From Candidatus Marinacidobacterales bacterium (lineage in GTDB: Bacteria; Acidobacteriota; Vicinamibacteria; Marinacidobacterales; DATDRI01): DNA of 64,000 nt. The stretch is taken from the NCBI GenBank assembly GCA_965219415.1, contig CBDCNP010000002.1:1440001-1504000 (forward strand). The letters run 5' to 3'. Shown piece by piece: positions 34,640 through 45,615 of the stretch (position 1 is its first letter; the number at the start of each line of letters is the position of its first letter). Position numbers and translations under genes: made by a program. The notes below the pieces were generated by a model. It was not told the DNA's origin. It saw only the letters and a program-made list of their open reading frames with translations, and ran no database searches.

Positions 34640-35241
34640 AGGTTGCGGCGAAAACGCAACCACCCCGAGCGCGATCCGCCAACCAACCCCTTCAGGTGTA
34701 CTACGTCGGACAGCTCTACCCGTGGAAGGGCGTCGATGTTCTCATCGAATCGATGAAGAACCTGCCTGGAGTCGAGCTGGTAGTGATCGGAGGACTTCCG
34801 CCGGAATCCGACCTCGATCGAGTCCGTCGTCTTGCGGAACGACTCGGCCTCACCGACCGCGTGCGATTTCGAGGTTTTCTTCCACCTCCCGAGGTCGCCA
34901 AAGAGAGAACGAGCGCCGACGTGTTCGTGATCCCGTTGCTCGATTCGATGACGGCCCGCGTTTTCACATCGCCACTCAAGCTCTTCGAAGCCATGGCATC
35001 CGGTCGAGCCATCGTGGCATCAGACCTTCCATCGTTGCGAGAGGTTCTGACGAACGACGAGAACGCGCTTCTCGTTCCACCCGGTGACGCCGAAGCGCTC
35101 GCCGACGCCATACGAAGGCTGGCCGACGATCCGGGAATGGCGCAACGGCTTGCCGCGAAGGCGGCGGAAGACGCCAAGGGTTATTCATGGGAGGAAAGAG
35201 GCAGCAAGCTCAGCGAACTCCTGACAAGCGTGGTCGATTAG
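34640..35241 (+). pseudogene. C-terminal half of a GT4 glycosyltransferase
   Basis: YVGQLYPWKG and TSPLKLFEAMASG; N-terminal domain absent, joined directly to the sulfatase remnant. Confidence 0.8.
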
Positions 35242-35242
35242 G

Positions 35243-36136
35243 CTAGACGAATTTTCGCGGGCGAGCGGTGAGTAGATAGTTCTTGAGAGCTTCGTCCCAT
35301 GAAGAGACGCGGCTGCCGGTCGCCTGCTCGAACTTGCCGACGTCGAGAGCGGAATAGTGCGGCCTCGGGGCCGGCCGGCCCAGCTCGGCCATCGGCGTGC
35401 CGGAAAGTCGCGACCGCTCGACGCCGAGGTAATCTGCGACCACCCGAGCCGCTCCTAGCCAATGGGTCTCGCCCTTATTCACGTAATGGAAGGTGCCGGT
35501 CAATCGTTCCTCGGCCAGCAACAAGATCGCTTTGGCAAAATCCGAAGCCCATGTTGGGCTGCCGATGTGATCATCTATCACCCGCAGCGTGGCTTTCCTG
35601 TCAGGCGTGTCAGGCGCGTCAGACCTATCAGGCGTCTCGAGCCGCCCCAGCATCCAGTCAACGAAACCCTTACCGGAACCGTAGAGCCACGCGCTTCGCA
35701 CGATGGTGTGATTATCGGCGCACACCTCCTGCACTTTGGCCTCTCCCTCTAGCTTAGAGCGGCCATACTGGGATAGCGGGTTCAGGGGTTCTACCTCGGT
35801 ATAGGGTGTCTTCTTTTCACCATCGAAGACGTAGTCCGTACTGACGTAGACCATCTGTGCGTCGACTTCCCGCGCCGCCCGGGCGACCCACTCGGTGCCT
35901 TGCACATTGACGGCAAAGGCCTGATGCGGATTCCGCTCCGACTCATCGACGTCGGTATAGGCGGCGCAGTGAATGACCGCATCCGGTTCAACACGATGGA
36001 TAACTTCCTGAACCGAGGTCCAGTCCGTCACGTCGAGTTCCTTCCGAAGGAACCCGTTACAATCGTGTCCTTGGGAGGCGAGGCTCGCCACGGACCGACC
36101 CAACAAGCCGCCGGCACCGGTTACCAGAAACTTCAT
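35243..36136 (-). CDS. rmlD: dTDP-4-dehydrorhamnose reductase
   Basis: TGAGGLLG, CAAYTDVD, STDYVFDG, YGRSK, GSPT and APRP. Confidence 0.92.
   Translation of the reverse strand: MKFLVTGAGGLLGRSVASLASQGHDCNGFLRKELDVTDWTSVQEVIHRVEPDAVIHCAAYTDVDESERNPHQAFAVNVQGTEWVARAAREVDAQMVYVSTDYVFDGEKKTPYTEVEPLNPLSQYGRSKLEGEAKVQEVCADNHTIVRSAWLYGSGKGFVDWMLGRLETPDRSDAPDTPDRKATLRVIDDHIGSPTWASDFAKAILLLAEERLTGTFHYVNKGETHWLGAARVVADYLGVERSRLSGTPMAELGRPAPRPHYSALDVGKFEQATGSRVSSWDEALKNYLLTARPRKFV
35597..35632 (-). repeat. Four 9-bp units (CCTGACNNG-like) in frame inside rmlD
   Basis: Minus strand cctgatagg tctgacgcg cctgacacg cctgacagg encodes PDR-SDA-PDT-PDR. Confidence 0.75.
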
Positions 36137-36153
36137 CTGCTGGGTTGACGCGC

Positions 36154-36609
36154 CTAGCGATCCTTCCGCGTCCAGTCGTATGGAATCTCGTCGGTGTGGG
36201 CGTCCAGTCGCACCTCGTCCGGTTCTTCGTACTTGTACAACTCGGTCGGGCAATTGATGACGACCGCAGTCGCCGAGGAGATGCATTTCCACCCGTGATA
36301 GACGCCCGCGGGAACCTGCACCAGCAAAGGGTTGCGCTCGCCGATGAAGAACTCATTGATCTCGTTGCGAGTGGGCGAGGCCTCCCGCGGGTCGAACATA
36401 ACCAGCTTCACCATTCCGGCGACACAGATGAAGTTATCCACCTGCTCCCGATGGAGATGCCACCCCTTGACCACGCCCGGATAGGTTGCAGTGGCGTAGG
36501 TCTGTCCGAACTTGGTGAACAGCTGGTCGTCGTTGCGGAGCATCTCCATGAGCCAACCCCGCTCATCGGGAATCAGCTTGAGGCTCTTGGTCCGTACGCC
36601 ATCTATCAT
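36154..36609 (-). CDS. rmlC: dTDP-4-dehydrorhamnose 3,5-epimerase family protein
   Basis: DERG, KGWHLH, D.R..SPT and VPAGVYHG. Confidence 0.8.
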   Translation of the reverse strand: MIDGVRTKSLKLIPDERGWLMEMLRNDDQLFTKFGQTYATATYPGVVKGWHLHREQVDNFICVAGMVKLVMFDPREASPTRNEINEFFIGERNPLLVQVPAGVYHGWKCISSATAVVINCPTELYKYEEPDEVRLDAHTDEIPYDWTRKDR

Positions 36610-36785
36610 CGTTGGCCTCCAGGGTTCGTTTTTCCGAGACTTTAGTCTAAGACCGGCTCAGGTTAGCATAATCGTCCTCCTCGAATGAAGGCTCGTCGAG
36701 CGGGAGGATGATCGGTCCAACCGTGGCGGCTCTAGGCCCCCTTGGGCTATAATTCCTGACGACCTGGCCGTTTCAAGGAGCGCTG

Positions 36786-37951
36786 TTGCTCAGAGAAAAC
36801 CTCAAGAAGCTCAAGAACCGCGTGTCCGGCACCGTTCGTCGGCTCCACACCCTGCAGTTTACGGCGCGCGGTGATGGCGTAGCTCCGAGCGTGCCCCACT
36901 TCGTGGTCTATGAGCCCACGCTGCTTTGCAACCTGCACTGCAGTTTCTGCTATGTCGCCGATATCCTAAACCCTGAAGACTGGCGCTCGAGGGAGCTCAG
37001 CCTGGACGAGCTCGACCAAATCTTCGTCAAGGGAGGCGTCAAATCCGTCAACATTACCGGTGGAGAGCCTTCGTTCGCAAGAATCTGATCGATGTGTTCC
37101 ATCACCTCCAGAACAAGGGCATGCACTGCAAGTACATCACCACCAACGGAACGGTGATCGGAGAGGAGAAGGCCAACGCCCTCGCAGAACTAGCGGCCAC
37201 CGGTTTCTTGCGCCACATCAGCGTGTCGATCGATGGTCCGAAGAGCTTCCACGACGAGATACGTGGCCAGAAGGGAGCCTTCGACAAGTCGGCTAGCAAC
37301 ATTCGACTCCTTCGCAAAACCTTCGCGGCGCGCGGTCTCAACTTGCCGCTTTCCATCAACACCACGCTTACTTCGGGCAATCTCCACCTGCTCCCTCAGA
37401 TCGTGGACGCCGCGGCGGAGCTGGAAGTCGAGCTCATCGGTTTGAACCAGCTCATGTTCGCAACGCAGAAAGAAGTCGAGCAAACGCTTCAAATCATGGG
37501 CGAGACCGACCCCGCGCTCATCACGACGCACGTGACAGACGATCCCGGGATCGACCCGAAGGACGTCGCCCCGGTCTTGCGAAAAGCCGTGGCGTATGCC
37601 GAGAGCAAGGGCGTGACCATCAACTGGAGGCCGGCGCAATCCTACGATCATTTGGAGAAGTACTACACGCCGAACGAGCCACTCGAGGGCCAGTGTTTTT
37701 ACCCCTACTTCGGGGGACGCATCACTTACGACGGCAAGGTCCACTTCTGTCCGTTCATCCGGGTCGAGATGGGCGATGTGAGAAAACAGAGTCTGGGAGA
37801 GATTTGGAATGGCCCGAAGTTCGTTGGGCTGAGGAAGAAGCTTCTGGAACACGGGATCTTCCCGGTTTGCCGACGATGCTGTAAAGTCGAGCTAACCGAC
37901 GCCCAGGCGCCAAGACCCAAGCAGGCTGTCTTCGAGCCAGTCCAAGTTTAA
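36786..37951 (+). pseudogene. Radical SAM protein with C-terminal SPASM/twitch-like domain, frameshift near 37075
   Basis: CNLHCSFC, TGGEP, TNG, SIDG; C-terminal CFYP..CPF..CRRCC; TATAAT at 36748-36753 upstream. Confidence 0.85.
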
Positions 37952-37965
37952 TACCGTTCAAGCGC

Positions 37966-38298
37966 CTAATGCGCGCCGCGTTCGAACCGAAGGCGATCGA
38001 GAGCAAGAAACGGCTCGCCCGAAGTCTCCTGTCCGGGTCGGAACTCCAGCAAATTAATTCGCCACCACCAACGCTCGGGAACGAGCAGCTCGTGCTCTTT
38101 CATCTCACCCCCGGGACGGAATCCGCCTAGCCGGTCACCGTTCAACCAAACCTCGATCCATTGCTGCTGGGAGCCAGGGGGTGTCGCGCACTCGATGAAA
38201 ATGCGGAGCGTCTCGGCGCGGTAGGTGGGTACGAAGACTCCCGCCGGGTCGGAGACCGCGAGGCGCACTCCGCGAGGCCTCCCCTCCCAATCGGTCAA
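37966..38298 (-). pseudogene. C-terminal beta-domain fragment of a lost membrane protein
   Basis: EVWLNG...NLLEF...LALDRLRF resembles the accessory domains on neighbouring GT-C proteins; no credible start. Confidence 0.45.
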
Positions 38299-38309
38299 TG
38301 AGCTCTCCA

Positions 38310-39255
38310 GCCGTTGCCCAGAAACGGCGGGTCCTCGAAGACCTCTACGGTGAGGGGCTCTCCCTCAGAACGAACTCCCAGGGGTTTCGCGCCAATCAGG
38401 ACTACGACGTGACACCGCCGAACGGAAAGCTACGGATCATCTGTTCGGGAGATTCCTTCACCCTTGGCTACGGGGTCGACAATTGATCACACGTGGTGCC
38501 AGCTCCTGACGACCCTCGATGATCGTCTTCAGACCATCAACATGGGCCAAGGGGGTTACGGGATCGATCAGGCTTACTTGTGGTACGAGCGTGACGGGCT
38601 CCCCCTTCAGCCTGACGTTCATCTCTTCACCTTTATCACCGCTGACTTCTGGCGAATGCGGCAGCGTTCATTCCACGGCTATGGTAAGCCGTTCCTGACA
38701 CTCCGCGACGGCGAGCTGGTCGTCGAAAACGTTCCCGTCCCGCGCGCGGCGTTCTACGCGCCTTGGGTCGCGCAAAACATCCGGTCCTTCGAGCGCCTGA
38801 GGACCGTCCAGTTGTTGCGTGGCGTGCTACCGGCGCTGGCAGAACGGGATTTGCCAAGCCCTAGGGAACAAAGAAGGGTTCTCTTAAAGGTTATCGAACG
38901 GTTGAGCGGGCTCAATCGCTCACAGGGGAGTCTCCTGGTGGTCGTGCTCTTGCCGACCGAGGCCGACGCCGCCCCGGACCCATCGCACCCGCTCAGACGA
39001 TTTCTTAGGCGCGAGCTGGCGAAGAGGGAGATTGTCTTCTTGGACCTGATCGCGGGGATGCAGAGTCTGCCACCCCGAAAGCTGGCCGGGCTGTTCATTC
39101 AAAGAGGGTCGGGCGTTCATGAGTTCGCCGGCGGACATTACTCTGTCGAGGGAAACCAATACATCGCCGGTCTGCTCCACGACGCGCTGGTTGCGATCCC
39201 GGAAATCTCGACCATACCAACCGAGCGCAGTTCACAGGGCGAAGCCGTGCCGTAA
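38310..39255 (+). pseudogene. SGNH-fold protein, 5' truncated, frameshift near 38484
   Basis: TNSQGFR, GDSFTLGYGV, GYGIDQ and GHYS. Confidence 0.8.
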
Positions 39256-39328
39256 ACGGAGACCGCTGCTACCTCCATTGCCCGCCCCCGCGGATTCATC
39301 CTAGACTGGACGTTACAAGAGGATCGAC

Positions 39329-41058
39329 TTGTCGAGAAAGATGGTCTTGGGGCGCTTGGCAGCGATCGGCGTCTGTATTGCCGGCGCGCTCTGGGTAGCG
39401 TCGCGCTCCCCATCAGTCTCAACGGTCGACAGGTCTTTTTCTGCTGCACCAGACGCGACGAGCGGGTTCCGTATCGAAAACCACTACCTCTATCGCATGC
39501 AGGCTATGCTTCGACCGACGCTGGAGGCCAATCGAAAGGATTTTTCGGGGCGGTTGGGACCGGTCAAAGGCTTCGGCGCCGGTGATGTTTATCCTCAGAT
39601 CTGGCTGAGGGACAGTGCCACTATCCTCCCGGCTTCCCGATTCTACTTCCCGCTCACGTACCTCACCAGCTGGCTCGAGGAACACTTGGCGCACCAAGAA
39701 GGCGGCGGCCAACTCTACGACTGGATCGCGGCTGGCCCCGTGTCCAACTTCACGCCTTACGCCCCGAAAAGCGAGGAGATCTATGGGTCGGGGGACGACG
39801 TCCTGTCGGCCGACAAGAATACGGTCGAGGCCGATCAAGAGAGTAGCGCCGTGATCGCCGCCTCTCGTATTTACGACGCAACCGGAGACCAGAGTTGGCT
39901 AAGGAAGGAAATTGAAGGCCGCCCGTTGATCGAACGCCTCGACGCGGGGCTTCGGTATCTGCTGCGCGAGCGCCTCGACCAGGAATCGGGATTGGTGGTT
40001 AGCGGATTCAGCGCCGATTGGGGAGACGTGAGTCCTATCCATCCCAACACGAAAGCCATCTATCTAGACGAGGCGACTCCACGAGTGATTGGCCTCTATA
40101 CGAACAGCCTGTTCTACTTCGCAGCATCGAAGCTGTCCGAACTGTACGCACTTCTGGAGAAAGACTCGCGAGCTGAGTTCTGGAGTCGCACCGCAGAACA
40201 GACCAGAGAGAGCGTCAACCGACATCTGTGGCAGGAAGACAGGGGCTTCTATCGAATGCATGCCGTCCTCACACCGGCTCTCACCGCCGGCTGGCAAGAC
40301 GATTCGGACATCTTTGCCATGGGTGGCAATGCGCGCTGGCGGTTCTCCATGGGATCGCCGATCAGAATCAGGCCAAGAGCATTTTCGAACGAGCCGCGGA
40401 GCGCAGGAACCAAGTAGGCATGTCCACCGTCTCGGGATCGCTTCAGCCCGCCTTCCCACAGGGCTTCTTCGCGCATCCCATGATGCAGGAGGAATACACC
40501 TACCAGAACGGAGGACAGTGGGATTGGTTCGGCGGGCGGTTCGTTCTCGCGGAGTTCGAGAACGTTTTCTCGGAGCGAGCGCGACGTCATCTCTCGGAGA
40601 TCGCTCGCAAGGTGACGTCCGGGGGTGGCCTCTACGAATGGCAGACCAAAGACGGCCAGGGTCGTGGTAGTCGAAACTACGCGGGAAGTGCCGGCGCCTT
40701 GGGTGCCGCATCCTTCCGAGGGTTGTTCGGAGTCTACCTCAACGGAGGCGAGCTCGAGCTCAAGGTACGCTTGGGAGATCAGCCGGCGAAAATCCAGTTG
40801 AACCAGCCAGCCACCGAGACGTTCATCCGTTATCGCTACCGCTACGACGAGGAGAAACAGCAGATCCATTTGTCCTATGAGTCCAACCTCGCGGGCGAAG
40901 GAAATCTGAGCGTCCTGTTACCGGAGGGCAAGACCGCTAGCTCGGTCTCCCTGGACGAGGAGGACCATAGCTTCTTCACGGAGAGCCTCGGCGAGGATGA
41001 GTACGTCGGGCTCGCCACTAACTGGGCCGCCCATGAGCTCCGCGTGCAGCTAAAATGA
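39329..41058 (+). pseudogene. Exported (alpha/alpha)6 glycoside-hydrolase-like protein, frameshift near 40335
   Basis: N-terminal TM; YPQIWLRDS, ADWGD, YQNGGQWDW, LYEW and YAGSAG. Confidence 0.65.
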
Positions 41059-42788
41059 AGGCACGCGTGCGACGACTCGTGCTTCCCGCTGCGGTCGTTG
41101 GGTTCTTCTTACTACTAACAGCCTATCTCACGTGGCCACTCCCGGTTCGCATGGGAGACGGCATCAGCACGAACCCGGACTCTCTCCTGAATCTTTGGAC
41201 GCTCGCTTGGAACTATCACATCCTGCCGAGGGATCCCTTGTCGTATTTCGACGCGAACATCTTCTTCCCGCGCCAAGACACGTTGGCCTACTCGGAGCAT
41301 CTCTTCGGTGTGGCGCTCGTCGCCGCGCCGGCGTACCTCGCGACCGACAACATCGTCTTCGCTTACAATTTCGCCATCTTTGCCTCGTTTTTCCTGTCCG
41401 GAATCGGCATGTACCTCCTCGTCCACGAGTTGAGCGGAAACCGATGGGCGGCACTGGCGTCCGGCGTGATCTACACCGCGGTTCCCTTCCGTTTCCTTCA
41501 GCTCTTCCACCTGCAGCTCCTGAGCTACCAATGGTTTCCTTTCGTCTTCTTGTTCCTCGTCCGCTTCCTGCGCGACGGCCGGCCGCGCCAAATAGTTCTC
41601 GCAGCCATTTTCGCCATCCTCCAGATCCTCTCCTGCAACTATTACGCGATGTACCTCGCGCTAGCGCTCACCTTGTTCGGAACGGTGTTGCTCTTTAAGG
41701 CACGACCGCTCTTCGATCGTCGAAAGCTGGTGCTAATGGGTGTCGGACTGACGGGGGTTGCTCTCTTCGCTCTCCCCTTCTTCCTCCCCTACGAGAGCAA
41801 CCGTGTGAAGCAGGGTTACTACCGACGCTACGAGGACGTTTTGCAATTCTCCGCCGAGCCAATGGACTACCTTCGACCTAGCGCTGCAAACAAGGTCTTC
41901 TACGTCGACTATCTTCCTCGTCAACTTCGCTCGGAGAAGGCTCTCTTCCCGGGGATACTCGCCATGGTCTTGGGCGGTGTGGGCTTGTTTGGAAGTCGTC
42001 GCAAGAAGAGTGCCGAACAGAGTGACGAGGAACGCCTGCATCGCGTCATGCGGGCGTTTTTTCTCGGCCTCATGATCTCGGGATTCCTTCTATCACTCGG
42101 TCCGAGGCTCGAATTTGGAGAGACCACGATTTTTCTCCCCTACCGCTTCCTCTACCGAAACGTTCCGGGTTTTCAGGGTTTGAGAGTTCCGGCGCGTATC
42201 ACCGTGCTGTTCTTGCTTGGCCTCGCCGTTTCGGCAGGATGGGGAATCGCGTGGTTGCTGGCGAAGGCGAGCCGATTGAAGAGCCTTTGGCGGCATGGAC
42301 TTGGTGCCGCGTTCGTCCTCTTGCTGGTTTTCGAGTACCAGACTTATTCCCTCGCCCGTTTCCTACCACCGGCGCCCCCGATCCCGGCGGTCTACCAATG
42401 GCTCGCCGCCCAGCCGGGGGATTTCGGCGTGCTCGAACTTCCCATTCACGAGGGTGAAGACATCACGCGCGAGTCCATCTACATGTATTACTCCACCGCC
42501 CATTGGAAACGACTCGCCAACGGTTTCAGCGGTTGGTGGCCCAATGATTATTGGGTGCTGGTGGGGCGCATGCGATACTTCCCCACGTCGGGAATCCTTC
42601 GCTTCATCCAGCGCGATGTCCCGGTTCGGTTGATAGTCATCCACTACGACAAGCTCCCCGAGCGCCGAAGGGAGAAGTTGAGGCATGATATGAATCGCTA
42701 TCGCGATCGTATGCCCATTCGAGCCCGTTTCGGTGAGGACGTCGTCTATGAGCTGCTGCCGGAGAGCAACGTAGAGGACCGGTCATGA
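41055..42788 (+). CDS. GT-C-like multi-TM membrane protein
   Basis: D.LLN.W.LAW, DANIFFP..TLAYSEH, LRVPAR, YYSTAHWKRLANGFSG; ATGA-coupled to neighbours. Confidence 0.75.
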   Translation: MKARVRRLVLPAAVVGFFLLLTAYLTWPLPVRMGDGISTNPDSLLNLWTLAWNYHILPRDPLSYFDANIFFPRQDTLAYSEHLFGVALVAAPAYLATDNIVFAYNFAIFASFFLSGIGMYLLVHELSGNRWAALASGVIYTAVPFRFLQLFHLQLLSYQWFPFVFLFLVRFLRDGRPRQIVLAAIFAILQILSCNYYAMYLALALTLFGTVLLFKARPLFDRRKLVLMGVGLTGVALFALPFFLPYESNRVKQGYYRRYEDVLQFSAEPMDYLRPSAANKVFYVDYLPRQLRSEKALFPGILAMVLGGVGLFGSRRKKSAEQSDEERLHRVMRAFFLGLMISGFLLSLGPRLEFGETTIFLPYRFLYRNVPGFQGLRVPARITVLFLLGLAVSAGWGIAWLLAKASRLKSLWRHGLGAAFVLLLVFEYQTYSLARFLPPAPPIPAVYQWLAAQPGDFGVLELPIHEGEDITRESIYMYYSTAHWKRLANGFSGWWPNDYWVLVGRMRYFPTSGILRFIQRDVPVRLIVIHYDKLPERRREKLRHDMNRYRDRMPIRARFGEDVVYELLPESNVEDRS

Positions 42789-43882
42789 TCCCAATCGCCA
42801 ATCTCAGGGCGCAATACCAAAGCCTCAAGAAAGAGATCGACGCGGCTGTTGCGGAGGTTCTGAGAGAGGGCGCCTTCATCGGTGGCGAAGCTTGCCGCTC
42901 GTTCGAGACCGAGTTCGCGGCATTTTGCGGGACGGCCGCGGCCTGTGGTGTGGCCAACGGCAGCGACGCCCTCTTTCTTGCGCTCAAGGCACTCGGGGTC
43001 GGACCAGGGGATGAAGTGGTCACGACTCCCTTCAGCTTCATAGCTACCGCCGAGGCCATATCGCGCAACGGGGCCCATGTGATCTTCGCCGATATCGAAG
43101 AAGAAACCATGAACCTCGATCCGAAGGCGGTCGAGTCGCATCTCGGCCAGAAAACCAAAGCGGTCGTTCCCGTTCACCTTTACGGGCATCCCGCCGACAT
43201 GAGCGGCTTGGCGCGCGTATGTCGCGAGCTGACGATCGTCGAAGATGCGGCACAGGCTCACGGAGCCGAGCTCGATGGCAAGCGCGCGGGCGCAATCGGT
43301 GCCATCGGGTGCTTCAGTTTCTACCCCACCAAGAATCTCGGAGCGGCGGGCGATGCGGGAATGCTCGTATCGAACGAAGCCAACCTCATCGAGCGTGTGC
43401 GACGGCTCGGCAATCATGGCGAACGCAACAAATACGAGCACATTTTCGAGGGAGTCAGCAGTCGCCTCGATAATCTTCAAGCCGCCATCCTCCGCGTGAA
43501 GCTAGGCCACTTGGATGGCTGGAACGAAAGGCGGCGACACCTCGCTGCCATTTACTCGCAAGAGCTAGGTGGGATCGCCGGTCTCCGCCTTCCACACCAG
43601 GCACCCGGCTGTCGGCCGGTGTATCACCAGTACACCGTGCGTTCGGCGCGGCGGGACGCACTCCGTCTTCATCTCGAGGAAAGAGGAATTTCATCGGCCA
43701 TTCATTACCCGCACCCAATTCATCTCCAGCCCGCCTATCAACACTTGGGATTGAAGAGGGGTAGTCTCCCGATTGCCGAGAAAGCGGCCGCCGAGGTGCT
43801 GTGTCTCCCGATCTATCCGGAGCTCGGCGAGGAGGACGTACGCCGGGTGGCGGGCGAAGTGAAGGACTTCTTTTCGGCCTAG
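42785..43882 (+). CDS. DegT/DnrJ/EryC1/StrS PLP-dependent sugar aminotransferase
   Basis: ANGSDAL, VHLYG, EDAAQAHG and SFYPTKNLGAAGDAG. Confidence 0.95.
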   Translation: MIPIANLRAQYQSLKKEIDAAVAEVLREGAFIGGEACRSFETEFAAFCGTAAACGVANGSDALFLALKALGVGPGDEVVTTPFSFIATAEAISRNGAHVIFADIEEETMNLDPKAVESHLGQKTKAVVPVHLYGHPADMSGLARVCRELTIVEDAAQAHGAELDGKRAGAIGAIGCFSFYPTKNLGAAGDAGMLVSNEANLIERVRRLGNHGERNKYEHIFEGVSSRLDNLQAAILRVKLGHLDGWNERRRHLAAIYSQELGGIAGLRLPHQAPGCRPVYHQYTVRSARRDALRLHLEERGISSAIHYPHPIHLQPAYQHLGLKRGSLPIAEKAAAEVLCLPIYPELGEEDVRRVAGEVKDFFSA

Positions 43883-43886
43883 ACGG

Positions 43887-45146
43887 ATGAGAGTCGCCTT
43901 TTTCTCGCCGCTGCCACCGTCACCCAGCGGCGTCGCAGACTACAGTCGCCTCCTCCTCGACGGACTTGCGGCGAAGTTTCCCATCGAGGCCTACACCAGC
44001 GGGGCCATCGATTCGACGATCGGCGTTCCGTGTTACTCCTGGAAAGAGTTCGAGCAACGCCAAACCGCCGAACCGAGAGCGATCCCGGTGTACCAGATCG
44101 GCAACAGTCTCCACCACGACTTCATCTACTCGATCGCATTCCGCCACGCCGGCGTCGTGGTCCTGCACGATCTCGTGCTCCACCACTCGCGTCTAGCCAT
44201 GTACATGAAAAGCCCCGAGGTCGTCGAGTACCGAGCCGACATGGGCAACACCACGAAACGCGACCGTGCGATGGATAAACTGTCCGAGTACACCTCGGAA
44301 GTAGAAGCCTCGTACCCCCTTGAAGGATCCGAAGTGGCCGAGATCGCCATTCGGATGGGCGGCGGCCGACTTCTCTACGAGTACCCGCTCCATGAGCTCC
44401 TAGTCAAGGCGAATAAAATGGTTCTCGTTCATAGCGCTGCGGCACGCGACAAGCTCCTCGAGAGTTGCCCAGAAAGCAATGTGCGGGTCGTTCGTATGGG
44501 CATCGCGGCCCCGGAAGGGGTCTCACGCGAGGAGGCGCGCCAGCGTCTGGGACTCGGAAAGAAGATCATTCTAGCGTCCTTCGGTTTGGTCACTCCGGAA
44601 AAGCGCATCCCCATAGCTCTTCGCTCGCTCCGGCGCTTGTTGAACGAGGGTGTCGACGCGCAGTACATCCTCGTCGGAGGCACCGTGCCACATTACGACG
44701 CTCGAGAGAAAGCCGAGCAGCTGGGCATCGCCGAGCACGTGGAGTTGACTGGAAGAGTCGAAGAGCAGAGATTCTGGCTCTACGCCGCAGCAGCGGATCT
44801 TTGTTTGAACCTGCGTTATCCGACCGCCGGAGAGACGTCGGCCACGCTTCTTCGCTTACTTGCTGCGGGAAGAGCGGTCATGGTGACGGATCAGGTGCAG
44901 GCACTCGATTTCCCGGACGCCGTCCTGGCACGAGCGAGCCTGGACGGGGATGAAGACGGTCTTTTCTGCGATGTGCTCGATCTTGTCAGGGACCCGGATC
45001 GCCGACGACGGCTGGAGAGAGAGGCGCGAGAGTATATCGAGGCGGAGCATAGTCCTAACGCAATGTTCGAGGATTACGCCCGATGCCTGGAGGAAGTGGA
45101 GGGATTCCCGACGCCGTCGGTCGAACTTCCCCGCCATCTTTCTTAA
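43887..45146 (+). CDS. GT4 glycosyltransferase
   Basis: FFSPLPPSPSGVADYS, YQIGNS.HH and LRYPTAGETS. Confidence 0.85.
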   Translation: MRVAFFSPLPPSPSGVADYSRLLLDGLAAKFPIEAYTSGAIDSTIGVPCYSWKEFEQRQTAEPRAIPVYQIGNSLHHDFIYSIAFRHAGVVVLHDLVLHHSRLAMYMKSPEVVEYRADMGNTTKRDRAMDKLSEYTSEVEASYPLEGSEVAEIAIRMGGGRLLYEYPLHELLVKANKMVLVHSAAARDKLLESCPESNVRVVRMGIAAPEGVSREEARQRLGLGKKIILASFGLVTPEKRIPIALRSLRRLLNEGVDAQYILVGGTVPHYDAREKAEQLGIAEHVELTGRVEEQRFWLYAAAADLCLNLRYPTAGETSATLLRLLAAGRAVMVTDQVQALDFPDAVLARASLDGDEDGLFCDVLDLVRDPDRRRRLEREAREYIEAEHSPNAMFEDYARCLEEVEGFPTPSVELPRHLS

Positions 45147-45253
45147 TCGAGGATTTCGAGCGGTCGTTCCTCCGCACCCGGCAGCCGAGTAAATTGACTG
45201 GCGGATGTCGCGATTGTTACGATCGCCCGCTGCGGGTGAAGGAGCGCGACTGT

Positions 45254-45602
45254 TTGACGAGAAAAAAGACCACTCCGAGCGAAGATCCAGATCGCCCATG
45301 GTTTCCCCCCGAGCCCTTGGGGCATCGGATCGAGTGGTTTTTGTTGCTCTTTTCAACGCTCACGATTCTTACCAACGCCTACTTTCTGCAATTCGCGGAG
45401 GACGCCATCTCCAGGAAGCTCCTAGCATATGTCGCTGTTGCGGCTACCGGGCTGTGGATGTGGATCCGCCATTACGGCGCGCCACGGTCGTTCGCGCAAA
45501 TCAAGAGTCTTCTCCGCCGCTACTCAACTGCCCTCCTTCTCTCGCTCATTGTGGCGATCGCTTTTGCCCTGAGACTCAGTGGGATCAGTTATGGCCTGCT
45601 CC
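45254..45602 (+). pseudogene. 5' fragment of an ArnT/PMT-like (GT-C) glycosyltransferase
   Basis: TTG with upstream AAGGAG; ends at FALRLSGISYGL.P, before the expected DE motif, against the frdD 3' end. Confidence 0.55.
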
Positions 45603-45615
45603 CAGAAGCCCCTCG

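Noticed and set aside
36786-37951. Radical SAM protein as anaerobic sulfatase-maturating enzyme
   Set aside because: Too few C-terminal Cys for a two-cluster SPASM domain, and the local sulfatase-fold proteins lack the C/S-x-P-x-R substrate motif.
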